A stretch of DNA of 64,000 bases from Trichoplax adhaerens (Eukaryota > Animalia > Placozoa). This document shows positions 24,902 to 38,856 of the stretch, piece after piece. The translations under genes were made by a program, and so were the position numbers. The DNA lies in contig NW_002060948.1 of NCBI RefSeq assembly GCF_000150275.1, positions 4,944,336 to 5,008,335 on the forward strand, read 5' to 3'. Within the stretch, counting starts at the first letter, position 1; each line of letters opens with the position of its first letter. The notes beneath the pieces were generated by a model that searched no databases, was not told the DNA's origin, and worked only from the letters and a program-made list of their open reading frames with translations.

Positions 24902-27900
24902 TTAAATATCATTGCATGTATGGGTTTCAGGATCGTTGTCAAGAACGCCAACTGCCAAATAGTTGACGGCAATATCTACAGTTGTTGTTCTTGTCATAAC
25001 TGTAGCTCGATCAGTTTGTATTTTCGAGCTATTAAGCAATTCAACTTTTTTGCTAATAGAATTAAGAGAATTTCGAATATGAGAATCGCGCGTAACGATA
25101 TTGGAATGTCTTCTGATTAACTTATTAGGACAAGCATTTTTGTTAATAATTTGGAGCCACCATTCACGTACTTCTTGTCTGCATAAGCAGTACAAGAAAA
25201 ACATAAAAAATCCTTGATAATTGGTAAAAACCACAAATAGGAAAGTGAAAATCTTTGAAACAATCTCCGATTGCACTGTAGCTAAACTACTTGTCATCCA
25301 GGGTAACCCTAATACAATAACTATCCAAAATAATGCTCGTAATCGTGCAGTTGTCATTTTTGCTTTTCTTTCATTGGATAATCGTCGAATATGGCGATAT
25401 ATAAACAAAAATATGATGAAATTAGAACCAACCATCACCAGCATCGGAACAATAAATAGACCAGAGATAGTATCAACCTGAAGCCAACATCTAGATATTA
25501 AGCAGAAGTCATTAATCAATCTTTAATGTCTGGCATGGACTAAACAACTTTACAATTGTGTAGAATGGTGTGGTAGAGCACATCAACATGACGAATTACT
25601 GATGATTCTGTTTGTAATAATGCAGATGTGCTAGTACACGGTAGTAGAGTTAATTCTACCAAAATGGGGTTTTAAAAGATGGTTCAATGAAACTTACGCA
25701 TTATCTGAATTTCTCCCGAAAATGTTTTTTCCGATGATGGACGAAAGAAATATTATCGTAGCAGGGACGCCTAACATAGAATAGAGAAATTAGCAGAAAT
25801 GAAATGAGTATCTTTCGTGCTGTTAATAAAACTTAATTATTCACGTATTTCGATATTAAACTAGTTATTTGAGCAATTTTGCATGTAAAACTGAGAACAT
25901 AATGGACTACTATCAAATTGTTATATATACTTTGAGCATCCTAATCAAAACCCATCATATAAGCTAAGTACTAGGGTATTCGATTTCAAAATCTTCTGCT
26001 GAAGCAATGGCATTATATAGCAAGGCTTTTAGCTCACCGTAAGCAAATATGCAAGCTAGAAGAATATTGCATTTGGTTGATATGAAATTAAACTGGGAAT
26101 AGACTTTGATTAATTCGACGTAAAGGTGGATCGCCAAAATAGTCATCAAAATAACTGCTGACAAATAGCAGAAATACGATACCATGGCAATCATGATACA
26201 GCCAACAGAGCTGAGAGCCTGAGACATAACCAAAAAGTTGACTAACGCGGTTCCCATCAAGCTTAAAGACAACATCGCAATAACTTGATTATTTTTCCTT
26301 TTCCTTAGTTTTCTTTAGCAGGATCATTTAGGTAAATTATCGAACAATTAACAACGACAAAAACATTAAATTAAATGTCGTAAATTATCTATAGGAGCAC
26401 CAAATGCAATTAGTAAATCGAAAATTGAATTACCTTGCAGCGACTAGCGTAAGGAAAGTTATTGACGCGCCAATCATAGAAAGCACACTGCCAATTTTTG
26501 CTACTACCATTAAGGTGAGTGGAAAGTGATCATCTTCATTACGTTCCATTATACACAAGAAAGTAGAATTCTAGCAAGTTGTAAGTAAAAATATTAGATA
26601 AACATAGTACAAGGAAATGAAAAATTCACAGCTTTCAATCAATAGCGTAAAACTATCACACTTCCAGCTCTATAGGTTTCAAGATATGGATCCATTTTAC
26701 GAGAAGCAATCCGATCTATGATAGCTACAGTATATTATGGCAGCAATTTTAAATCACTGGATCGTAGTTACTGAAATGGGTTCAAATGTATAGGAATGAA
26801 ATGAAGACAGCTAACTAGCTATAGCCTATTTACTTCCATCGTCCATGTGTACAGCGCAGTTGTATTTAGTTTAACCGTATCAGCAATTTTTATATCATAG
26901 CAGCATGATAAAAGGTAAATCAATGTGGCAGCTATACGTGTATTACTCTATAGCATACTCTAAATTGTTAAAAAAGATAGCATACGACACCAACGATAAC
27001 TAATTAATTAATTACAATTTATAATCTGATTTAAAAAGCTTTCGATCAACGCATGCCGTTCCAGAACGTAAGTAAATGTGGAAAGTACTGCAATTTAGTT
27101 TATTTTCTTCGGTGAATTAAATTATATTATAATAGTCATTTATTTTGATATAAATTTATATGATTGATATTGATATGACTAAAATTTGCTAAGGAAATCT
27201 CATGTGCTATTACATCGGCAATTCAGTACCCATCATGTAGTTGTTGGCTTGCTGGCTATTAGCAAAGTAACTGGCAATCACAAGATATATATACGATTAT
27301 AATACAACATCTCTATACAGCATCAGACCCATTCGCAAATAATACTCTACAGCAATTGCATTTACTGACTATGCAATAAAATACGGTTTGTGTAGCATTT
27401 TAATTATAATGATTAAGAAATATAGACGGTGTAGTAACACATTTTGGCTTATATAATATGATCTTATTTTCGGCTTACCTTATCATAGATGGTGTAGTTG
27501 ATGTCATAGGGCAAACATTTCCCAGCTATTGAGCCATGACTCGATCCTTTGCTGTAGCCGTATCGATTTCTTAGGCTAGCATTAAGGCAGCCCTTAATTA
27601 CCGTTGAATTTCTGTTATCCAAAGTAAGTCCATAGGAAAATTAAAGTTATTCAATTGCAATAGAACGAACATCATGTCGCAACTATTGCACGTCAATTTA
27701 TCTCAAGGACTGTATATATTATGAATTGGAATCATTCGGGTAATTGTAAAGGTATCCCATGTTTAAAACATTTTATCCTATAAACTAGTGCTGCTATTTT
27801 GTGTACAGATATATGCATATACAATATATATACAATAAAATAGCTATCATATCCTAAAATATCATTAAGCTTATAACAAACCTGCATCTGCTGCAATTAC

Positions 27901-30900
27901 CCCTGTTATGCTGTATCGAGGAAGTCATAAAGCTTTTCTCACTGTTTAAAGAATAAATGATAGAGTTAAGGCCGCTAATAATATACTTACAATTAAATGC
28001 GCATACAAGTATTCCTACAGTATAGATGAGTATGTTCACGTATGTACAGAGGAAATGTAAACCCTTAATGCAATGAATCCTTTTCTCAGTCAAGAAATAT
28101 AAGACAAAAACAAAACTCGATTACACGACCACTGTAATAAACAGCTGCGCCGTAACGATCTTAAGTCTACATTTGGCTCGACCTAGAAGCACTGTATAGG
28201 CAATATTAAATAAAGTAAGTATAAAGTCTTTATAAATTGAAATCGATTTCTCTCGGCTGCATAGCATATCGCTATAGGAAATACTCAAGTATACTGTATG
28301 TGGTTTAATTCGTCAAGATCTATGGATCTGAATGTTCGAATATCGGAGTGCCTTAACCTACCTCCCTCCTTTAAGGGTACAACGAAAGGAGGCCTGTAGT
28401 CTATAAAAAGGCTTCTGGGTAGGCATTTTTATTTTTGGTCCGTACAGTATGTGTAAACCTTAACCTACAGTAACAGATTTTTCAAGATTGTTTTTATGAT
28501 TATGTCTCCGTTATTACACCATTTGCAGGATTTTTTGTTACATACTAAAATACCAGAAATCGCTTATAATTGCGTGAAAATCAAACATAAGAAATCCATT
28601 TAAATCGAGTAGAACATGTTAAAGGTTGTTGCAAGCTAATAAAATAGCAATTAGCGCTTGTTCTACATGAGTCAACATTGATATACTAGTACAGATGTTC
28701 TCATTTTGTTTACAATGAAATCAATGAGACTAGACAGGAAATAGAAGTCAATGGATGAGAAGCCGTAACTGAGCACTTAAAGAACGATTTACTATAGAAC
28801 GAATACGTCAATCATGATATGATCCAAGCGTACCACCTTTAAAAAATAGAATCCAAACATTTAAAATGGTCCTATTTTGAAAGCACCATCTTCGTGCGAA
28901 CTCTATTCAAGGACTATAAGTAGAATATTCTCTTTCTAGGATAGAAAGTCTCCAACATTCACTATCACTTCGGAAATCGCCATCTGTAAACTAATTTCAT
29001 CCCTCCCCTGCTTGAATAATTAATTTACTGCAGCAATGGAGCAGTTCTACAACACAAAGTAGTTGTCAACTAGATTGGTCGATTAATAATTAATTATTAA
29101 TACACTGAGGTGCATGACTGACATTATTTCTTGCAATATGGGAATTCAAAAGTGCAAACAGAATCGAATACTATGTATACTCGAGGAGCCACAGCTTGTG
29201 ATACTTCCACGTTTAGTAAACGCCCATTTTAAATGCTATGTTGCAAAATCGTGTACCTCAGTGAATTCTAGAGACGCACAGTAACATGGATTAAAGAAGA
29301 TTTTGCAGGTGTGTGAATTATTCGAGTATATCAATATATAACATATATACAGTACACTCGCTTTCTTAACCAACCTACGAAGGAGTTATTCATCCCCTTC
29401 AATTCATGGTACCGTAGTATTGGATATGAAAACAGTTATTGTCACTGCTGAGACAGGCCGATAGTCCTTGATTTAGGATAAATTAAAGTTGAACAAAAAA
29501 GTGAAAGTTAGGCTATTTTATTTGGGGATACTTTATCACGGTTGGCCACTTGGGCCGAATAGGATGAGTGCAGCCACTATCGAGGAAGGATGCTCGAGAG
29601 AGAAATCCTTTGCGATTCTTGCCCATGGCTCGTTCGTCCAAAGTCCGACTGTCCGAAAGAGAAAGCATCACGTGATAAATGGCATCAACCATAACAGTGA
29701 TCGGGACCGGGTATTGGGTCAAGCACGCAGTCACGCCGTGTTGCACACGGTGTCACACGGCGTTGACACGATCGGCCGACTCCAAAAATTCAAAATGGAA
29801 TCTTGCTTTTCGCCTCCATTTTGACAGTCTAAAATGATTAATAACAATTCTCAACGACAGTGATGCAAGGAAAGGATGGCTGGATTACTATAGCCGATAG
29901 ACCTTGTCACTTAACTTGATAATGAATGATAAATTGGGAGACTAGTGAATGACATTCTCCACGTATTATTGGTGTAGAAACAAACAATAATGACTGGAAA
30001 GTATATCTCGGAAATTGCCAAAAGCCAATGATAATCCTGTGATGATATCGTCACTATGGCCGATAGATTCGAAATATACTGTAAACCTGTAATGTATGTT
30101 AGTAGAGACCCTAAAAGATCCCTTTAGGGTCTCTAATGCATATATATATACAATACGTTCTTAACCTTACTTTATCAAGACATCCACTTCTACACTGCAG
30201 ACGATCACTGTATTCCCTAATAACATCTCACTACTGTCATCCGCTGAAATCATTGGAAAAAAAAACGACAAGGACGCAAGAAAACGAAGGACGGATTAGC
30301 ATAGCTAATAGTCTTGTCACTGAACTTGGTAATGAATGATAAATTGCAAGACTAGCGGATGACATTCTCCACGTATTATCAGTGTAGAAACAATGACTAG
30401 ACAAGTATATCACGGAAATGGCTAAAAGCCAATGATGATCAGGTGATGATGTCATTATGGCCGATTTACTCTAAATAGAAGTCTGTCATGTATGGTAGAG
30501 ACCATAAAAGATCCTTCTGGGGTCTCTGGTAGATACGTTCTTAACCTTACTTTGCTAGTTCTACACTATATACGATCACTGTATCCCCTAATATATAACT
30601 ACCGTCATTAGCTGAAATCGTTACAAAATGGAAGATCACTATTTTATCTGCCCATGTCGAGAAAGCATCCGTAAGTAAATACTTCTACTAGAGAAGTGAT
30701 GGCATTACAACAACACAATTTGTAGTCAATAGCCATCTTAATGGAAGGAAAATATCAATGCAGCTATTGATCCCACTGTAAAAGAAAGATTTCTCCATGA
30801 CAGTGAAGAGGGTATTATGGATGGGCTTTTCTTCCTGATTCCTTGTACTGTACTATTTTTAATACAGCCAATCCCACAAAATGGACTAAGACATAATCTT

Positions 30901-32234
30901 ACTCTACAATCAGCACCGAGGATCAATAGCGTGATGGATAAGCGTCATTTTTCTGTCGGAAACAAATCGTTATCAACTTGGTGACAACCCGATCAGAACC
31001 CTATGATGGGGCTCTTTCTTGACAGGAAAGCCTTATCCATTCGAATGTCTCTTCGTAGTCACTCTATGACTAGGCATGTTTTTAATCTTTAGTAGTATTT
31101 GAAAAACAACAACAGCAACTGCTATCGTTTAGATAAACAAGTTGAGCAGCTCGATATTGCAAGGTGGATTAAAAGTTAGGGCAGTATCGATTATTGTTAC
31201 ATTATAACGATTAAAGCTAACTTTAGTTCATGCTACAGTGTACAGCATATCGCCATTCGTCACTACAGCTACTTACTTCATCTCATAGTATATGCAATAG
31301 AATCATGAGATTATGAAAATTCTACACATGTTATTAATGAAAATTTTAGCTAAGATTATGTTATCTTAAAAAATCGATACCTGATTTCCTTGAAGTATAT
31401 AGCAACAGTAACATTGGTTTCGTTCAAAATCTAGTAGATCAGATTAGATTGAAGTTTTGAAAATTTTAAAGGTCAATAATCTGCCATAAAACGAAGTATT
31501 AGCATAGCCCAAGCGTCGTCAACATGTCCAAATGAACACGTCCATAAATGTAAATAATATCCAAAATAATATATAACACTTCTATATTACTTTCGAATGG
31601 ACTAGTAGTCTTAATACAGGACTTCTCGTAGTCTCTGTCTTAATAAAGTCAAGCAGTATTCACTATTCATTTCTAGGAAATTATACTTTGCAAGAGCGAC
31701 ATCAAAAGTATCAATTTACTGGCTTGAAAACCACTAAAAGTAAAGGAAATAATTGGTTCAAAACAGTCAACTGATTGAATTGATCTATTGGTAATATCAA
31801 ATTGGTTTACAAGCTCTGTGGATGGCGATTAACGAAATGTGCCAATCATGAATTGATCTGTAGGCCATCATGAAACGTTTATCCATCTAGTACATTAAAA
31901 GACTAACGTAGAAAAGTATTTTCAATGTTTCAAAATATTCTTAAACACTCATCGACATCATAATCAATCATAACATAGGAGTATTCCGTGACATTATTAG
32001 TAATTACGTTGGGCCTACCTTATTTGTTACTATCCGCGTAAGGCGTTGATATTGAAGCGATGATGAATCTTTTAGCTTTTCTGGAGGACTACAATAATAG
32101 TCTAATACCATAGTGAAAGATGCAGTGACTGAGCTACCGTTGTTATCGCCATAGACTATCATGCTTTGGCCGATGACAGCCAAGAATACCAAGATAGGAA
32201 TCGTCATTTTTGCATTTTTTGAAATCTTTGTCAT
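24902..32234 (-). CDS. Adhesion/secretin-class 7TM receptor with signal peptide and SEA-like ectodomain; 7 exons (32234-32019, 31430-31381, 27611-27479, 26570-26434, 26312-26038, 25770-25698, 25490-24902)
   Basis: All six introns are GT-AG and phase-consistent. TM1 LMVVAKIGSVLSMIGASITFLTL; TM3 CIMIAMVSYFCYLSA; TM4 AYGVPA; ECL2 CWL; TM6 LGLPW; TM7 TNYQGFFMFFLYCL..EVR..W (class B2 hallmark). Confidence 0.88.
29867..30630. repeat. About 410-bp tandem duplication in the receptor's intron 2, with a 13-bp-stem hairpin
   Basis: cttgtcact.aacttg.taatgaatgataaattg at 29902 and 30313. Hairpin TAGAGACCCTAAA-agatccc-TTTAGGGTCTCTA at 30103-30135 is degenerate in copy 2 (near 30497). Confidence 0.88.
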
Positions 32235-33170
32235 GCTGCCAAGAAAGAAATAGAGCGACAGTCCAAATTAATTCTACAATAAATACTTGACCATTCCATT
32301 TACGTGCACACATACATACGGCTACATCATGTCGTATATTATACTTACAAAACAAAAATATCTGCGGATGAATAATTCAGTAATTTCAGATGGAACGTAT
32401 TCGATTACAAGATTGCTTAAAGTAATAAGATAGTTACATGGTATATCTTTATAGCCTACTCCGACACGACTGTTTTAGACATGATCAAATTGAAATAATA
32501 GGCAATGTTCAATAATTAGTTTTCAACTCTTTGTTATCTTTATAGTCCCGTACTTTAAATTTATTTATTTGCCAATTTTATTGTACGAGCAATGATAACA
32601 AAAGTCAATCAAGAGCCCATAGAAATCAAGATAATTATTTTGAAGTCTGTTTTGTTTGAACAGACAGCACATCTGTGAATTTCAATTTTTCTCAATAATT
32701 GCTGCAAACAACAGAGTAATTATTATACTGGGTATGGACAAAGTCAATGAAATTGATTAACGAAATTAAATGCTCAGATGCTGTAATAAAATAGAGGAGG
32801 AAAGACAGATATTTCCATCTACTGCACTGCACGTACGCGCTTTCCCAATGCAATTAAAATTTTTCTTGCAAGAACAAGTTTGCTTGCACTCTTGCTTATT
32901 GCAATATCGGCTAAGGGGTAAGGATGGCTCATATTGGGTATTGGCGATATTACAAAATTAAAAATTGTTCTGCATAACATCTTGATGTATTGCTAATCAA
33001 AAGTAACCTTGAGCGGTAGACAGATACATTGAACCATCTTAAAATATTTAATCGATAAAATACCAGAACAATCCTTTTACCTCGATTAATGAATTTATTC
33101 TGTCTATATTATACCAATTACGTCAGCTTGGTTATGCATGATTAAGTAATAGACGAGAGTACAGAGAACA

Positions 33171-33615
33171 GTTGCTCTACGACAATACTCACCATGGCTA
33201 GGAACTATTCCTACACTCTTATTGCTTTAATGTAAAACATTTCAAACAAATATATAATGAATTAGTAAAGATGTATAAAAACGGTATAAAGAACTCTTAC
33301 AGTAATGGACTAGAGTATCGTAAATACTTCCTCTACTCGAATGCTCACCATGGTTAGGGGGACTATTCAAAAATTCCTATAGCATTTAATGTAACATTTT
33401 CTGAAGAAGTGTATCATGAATTAGCCAAGTATACAAAACCATTTCAATTCTTATAGTAATGGATGACAGTACACTAAAGACTTGCTCTATTGCAATCCTA
33501 ACTAACGTTACGAACTATTCAAGCATTCTTCTACCTTCTAACGTAAGATATTTTGTAGAAGTGCATAATTAATGAATTAATGCGATATACAAAAAATGTT
33601 AAAAATTCCTACAGT
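33171..33615. repeat. Degenerate tandem array, about 3 x 155 bp, upstream of the adhesion-type GPCR
   Basis: ctcta....aat.ct.accatgg.tagg..actattc...atgaatta...cagta recurs near 33171, 33328 and 33481. Confidence 0.75.
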
Positions 33616-36600
33616 ACCGTATGGAAGGAAGGATATAATTACATAAGTGATTTTATTTTATTAGATAGGCATCGAATTGCAACAGCAATCGTATATGATT
33701 CATTTCTAAATTGTAAACTATCCTGGTTTATCTGGATAAATATCATACATGGTTATAATTTAAAAGTGAAAATTAATCTTGATTCGTAAAGTAACAGTTG
33801 TGAAGTTAACATTTCATTGCTTTACTTTAACTATAGGCTAGAATGAGCCGTATATCTTGATGATAGTAGCAATATTGATCATAAAGAAGGGAAGCTCCTC
33901 ATTCTACAAGATCCATATGAGCACCTTCTAGATTAGGATGGAGGAGAGGTAGTTGATACTATGAGCTGTGAATACTTCAATAGTGGCCCATAGCTATGAT
34001 ATTAATATCACGATCGATCAAAGCAGGATAGGACAGTCAATCTTTTCTGTATCCTAAATGATCCAGCGAAAGGTTGTTTTACTTTTTCTGCATGATCAAT
34101 CTATTTTTTTTTTCGTAAACAGAATACTGTTGTTCTACATGCGAATTTGTAACCCCATGGTGTATTCAAATAATAATTAATGAGCTGCATGTCAATAAAT
34201 TGTCAAGTAGTGGAGAAATTATTCAGAACAATAAAGTCAATATGTTCAAGTGTTCATGCTAAATACTATTATAGCTCAGATAATCTAGGTATTATTTAAG
34301 TTCATGAAACTAAAACGAATTAATACACTTGACCAATTTTTTTTCTTCTCAACGACATACGCGTACAAGTTACAGGATGATGCTATGCTATAGATGGCAT
34401 GATTATTCTTTCCGTAACATGTAGCAGTAATTTCAAAATAAATATGATAAAATGATTGCAGATCCTGACGGACACTAATTTCTGTGTTGCGTGGGTAAGA
34501 GAGGAAATGCTTGTTAACCACTATCATTAAATAGATCGATAATTTCTTGTTACATAAATAGGAAGACTAATAAAGCAGCTCTTGCAATTGATCAATTGTT
34601 CTTTTCGGTAGTTATTTTCCAACTTTCAAATTTCAGCTATTTTTTCTAATACTTGCAAGATGAGTTGCTGTAACTCCGTCTTCAGATATACTACTTAAAG
34701 CTCCGTTTGGCACAGCTAGGTACAGTCACCAATGCAAGAGCAATCACAGCTTAGGGTATCGAATAAACGTTTACAAAATGTCTGTATAGCGAATTGACAT
34801 TGATTACCTCTAGAATAATTTAGGAATCGCTACCAGGTACAGTATGGTCTTAAAACCAATTTAAAACCCAATTTTTAGCGTTTAATTACAAGAAAATGTT
34901 TCTAAATATTAAGTATTATCAAAAATTGCGTTACTCAAACAAAATGATCTTCGTCGATTATATTATTACAAGTACTCTGCATATGAAAGGACCATGCCCC
35001 CCCCATCTAGGTTGATGACGTTTTGATCACTTTGATATTAAAAATATTCGACATGAGAGAGACTAGGAGACTACCTATACCGGCGGCATTCGACGTGAGA
35101 TCGAAGGAATGGAGACTTTAAATTTTGTATTGATGATACAATCAACAGTTGTCAAAACGATACGCTAAGAAAGTTCTTGCATCAAGTCCAAATTACCAAA
35201 ATGTTCTTGGTAAGGATAATAAAATGATTGTGGTAATGGATCTAATAAGATTGAACAGGATTAACTATTATCTATAAGTGCAGAAGATAATAGATAGCTA
35301 GTTCTTTCCACAGGATGATGTGCTTATTACATACTATGGTAGCTCAAAGCAGAAATACTAGTGGCGACCGATATGAAATCGAAACAATATAGAACGTAGA
35401 TTTGGCTTAGATGATCTTGACTGATGAATGATATAATGAATAGAGAATATAATGACTACCGTAGGATTAAAAAGTTTTTCCTCTCAAAAGCTCGAGCTCA
35501 GAAACTGCATACCTGGCAGAGGTAAACAAAAATCACTCAGGCAAACGCTTCAAATTATATCCTATGTACTGTATATTAGGAACGACTTATTCAAAAAATA
35601 TGACAAAACTGCAGATCCTGGGATATCTAAACTTATGCTAAGAAGAAAGTTACAGAAATCGGAGGAGCCGCTATTTCTTAAAACGTCTGGTTCTAATCAC
35701 TTGCAACGAAATTGCTCTCGATGATGGCTAGCTATTCTGGCACAAGAATAGAGAAACATACCGTTCCAATCATTGCTTAATGACGGTTCTCGCTATATTA
35801 ATCCAATGAATTGGCAATACTTGCGTATGTTCAATATATCATATGATATTAAAGAAACAATATTTTCGTGATTTAATTTAAATTCCTCACATCATGACAG
35901 GCAGCATTTAAAAGTGATTTGGATTTGTAGGAACGATCGCATTGTAATTTATGTAAGGCATATAGTGGGCTGAAAGCCATATTTATAATACTCTATAGGA
36001 TAACTCAAGCAGGACAGATTTACATCTTCAGATCTTTTGGAAGCGTAATTACAATCAATATGGTCGAAAGGATCAAAATTAAATTAACTTAAATTCAAAG
36101 TCGACTCTCGCAGTTTTTATTACTTACACATTAAATCTTTTACACGTACCTAAAAGTGCATATCGACTGTGTGCTATCATATAATCTAGTACTAGAAATG
36201 ACATTGGAGGAAACGTACTCTCAGAGATATTACGTTTACTTCCAAAATATAAATTTATATCGCTGTACGAATCAACTATATTAAGAAGCATAAGAATTGC
36301 AAGAATTTCAGTCGAAGTCAAATAGAATACAGCTAATACCGTATGCAATGAATTGAATGGAAATTCTTAATCGAATTGAACCTTTACGCTGGGAAATAGG
36401 GCAACAGTATCGTTATCGTTATGTTTGATTTCAGTTCTGGTAACTCAGCATAAGATGGCGATCACGATAAACGAGCCATAACGTTATTACATTTATTTAC
36501 TACTTATTATAAAGAACAATATAATTCACATCAGTAAAAGTCAATGTCAAAATCAGAAAGGTGAGAACATTACATAGAATGCGTACTTTACAATCTAGAT

Positions 36601-37719
36601 CAGTCCAGAATAATTGCAGCTATAGATTTTACAGTAGGAAGTAAATTTTGAACTGTAAAGGATACTTCTATCGTACGTACCGATGATGGCTTCAATGCCG
36701 AAAAATTTAATTAGACCAGAGGTCGTCTTCAATGATATTTCATAAGGAATTGATAAAAAAACTCATGCATGCATCATCCCACCATAGGTGATAATTAATT
36801 ATAATCAAAGTTGAATAAAATTTTCAATTGCAACACTAGTAAAACAGTTTTAAATGTAACCTTTTATTGATGATGTATTTCTTAGTAATTAAAAGGATTA
36901 GGCCCTATTTGATTTTGAGTTAACGTAATTAAAGTAGACAGTATGGTGCTAGATAAATGAAATTAATGTTCTTGAAATCAATTGAATCATTAGATAGATT
37001 ATAAATCAAAATCGAGTTTAAAGTTCACGGTTATAATTGTGTGAATGCAAGACAGTGCTATTTTGACTACTAAACATATATGCTACTGTTTACAATATGT
37101 GTATACGCAGAACCGGAAGAAATGGGGTACACTTCTTTTATTAAAGTAATTATAAACACTTCACTTAGGTTATCATTGAGTTAAAAATTGCAACAATCCT
37201 GAAAAACAACTCAATTAGACTCCATTTTATATTGAATACCCGATACCGTTATTGATAAGAGTAGAAGCCTTTGATACTATCTATTCTATACAGATATAAG
37301 TGACAAAATGGATCCAAGACCATAATTTTACGCAAGTTTATAACGCAGTTTACACAGTCTACTGAACTACAGTGTCTCTCGAAATTACACATCCTTATTA
37401 ATTGAATTTTGACACACCCAGAACGGTCAACTTTTCAACTATTCAGTGCCGTATATCTGATCAAAATTAAGAAATTAATTTAAAATCGAAAGCTGTCAAT
37501 GAATTATTCTATTAATTGTTAAAAACTACTTGATCAAGAACACAATGCTACCGGTATCAACGCAATGGATTGATTATGAACCTTTTCAGATAGCCAAATT
37601 ATACCGTAATTATTGCTCATTTGTACAATCAATTAAGATAAGATGATGACAGAGATGTTAAGCTGCGTTAATATTTCATCACTGCAAAATTTTGACGTTT
37701 AAATACTAGCATTTGCGCT

Positions 37720-38856
37720 TTATAAATTAGATAATGACGGTCTTACTCGACGTAAACTATGCATTTGACCAATATAACGCAGCCATTGAGGTGCATTACT
37801 TCTATAAGTATTATTAAAGTAGCCATAAATAATTGCATTGTAAGCAACACAAGTATAATTCAAAAGAATCAAAATGTTAATGATACTGGAAATCAAGTAA
37901 TAATTTAGAAAATGAATTAACCCAAAATCTATTAACATAAAGATCAAGTAATATGGTAGATTGCTAATTATGAACAAAGTTAAGCAGGCAATAAAAATTT
38001 TAACGATTCGTTTTCTAACTTTCAATCTACGCTCATTCCGCGGTAATCGTTGATGAATCGATCCTCCATTCAACAATATAATCGTACGAGCATTACCTGT
38101 CCCTATTTGCCACAATCTTCTAGCAGTAATTATATATAATGTTGTCATAATGATAGATGGCGTTAGAAAGATCAGAACAAGAAAGAATAGCCATGTAATC
38201 ATTTTCGAGAAAGCCAAAAAAAATACTATTTCATTATCTGAATTAGTGACGATGATATCTAAATGAGGATTTAGCGACCAAATTGGCAAACAATATTTCA
38301 TTCCTTGAATATGGTGAACATTCACAAAGATTCCATATGGAGTCCAAAACGAGAAGGCAAATAACCAACATAATGGTAAAAAGACGTAGACCTGAGTTCG
38401 ACTTATCCTTAGTTTGCGCTTTGTTGGATGTATAATCGAATTATATCGATCGATATAAATAGCCGTCAATGTAAATGATATCGATATTATGCATGATCCT
38501 GGTAGAATTTGAGCCATTTTGCATACAGAAACAGTAAATGGGTAATGGCGCGATGCCTGGATTGGATGTAACAGTTCGTAAATTTTAATTGGTATCCTTA
38601 TGGCTGCTACTAATAATCCAGAAATGGCCAGATTACAAACTAGTAGATTGATCGGTATCCGTAGATTCCTGTTTGCCAAAGTAATCCATAAAATCAGTAA
38701 ATTACCTGGTATAGCTATCACCATGATTAAGACATGTAAGATAGCAATAATAAGCAAAATCGTTCGCCAGGTTAGTTCATCGACATTAATTATCCCGTCC
38801 TCTTTACCAAGGGTAGTTAGTGTGTTATTGATTGAGCCATTGTAACTTGTATTCAT
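37720..38856 (-). CDS. Intronless rhodopsin-class GPCR, cluster copy 1 (378 aa)
   Basis: Seven hydrophobic segments; PGN (TM1), NLA (TM2), C3.25, DRY, W4.50, ECL2 Cys, LPYY (TM6), YNAIIYG (TM7). Confidence 0.95.
   Translation of the reverse strand: MNTSYNGSINNTLTTLGKEDGIINVDELTWRTILLIIAILHVLIMVIAIPGNLLILWITLANRNLRIPINLLVCNLAISGLLVAAIRIPIKIYELLHPIQASRHYPFTVSVCKMAQILPGSCIISISFTLTAIYIDRYNSIIHPTKRKLRISRTQVYVFLPLCWLFAFSFWTPYGIFVNVHHIQGMKYCLPIWSLNPHLDIIVTNSDNEIVFFLAFSKMITWLFFLVLIFLTPSIIMTTLYIITARRLWQIGTGNARTIILLNGGSIHQRLPRNERRLKVRKRIVKIFIACLTLFIISNLPYYLIFMLIDFGLIHFLNYYLISSIINILILLNYTCVAYNAIIYGYFNNTYRSNAPQWLRYIGQMHSLRRVRPSLSNL

Noticed and set aside
29730-29830. Possible EGF-like exon (DCQNGG) for the adhesion GPCR
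   Set aside because: It lacks EGF cysteine spacing, runs into a stop, and the gene model is already in phase without it.
30660-31060. Exon-like plus-strand fragments nested in the receptor intron
   Set aside because: Multiple stops and no recognisable protein family.
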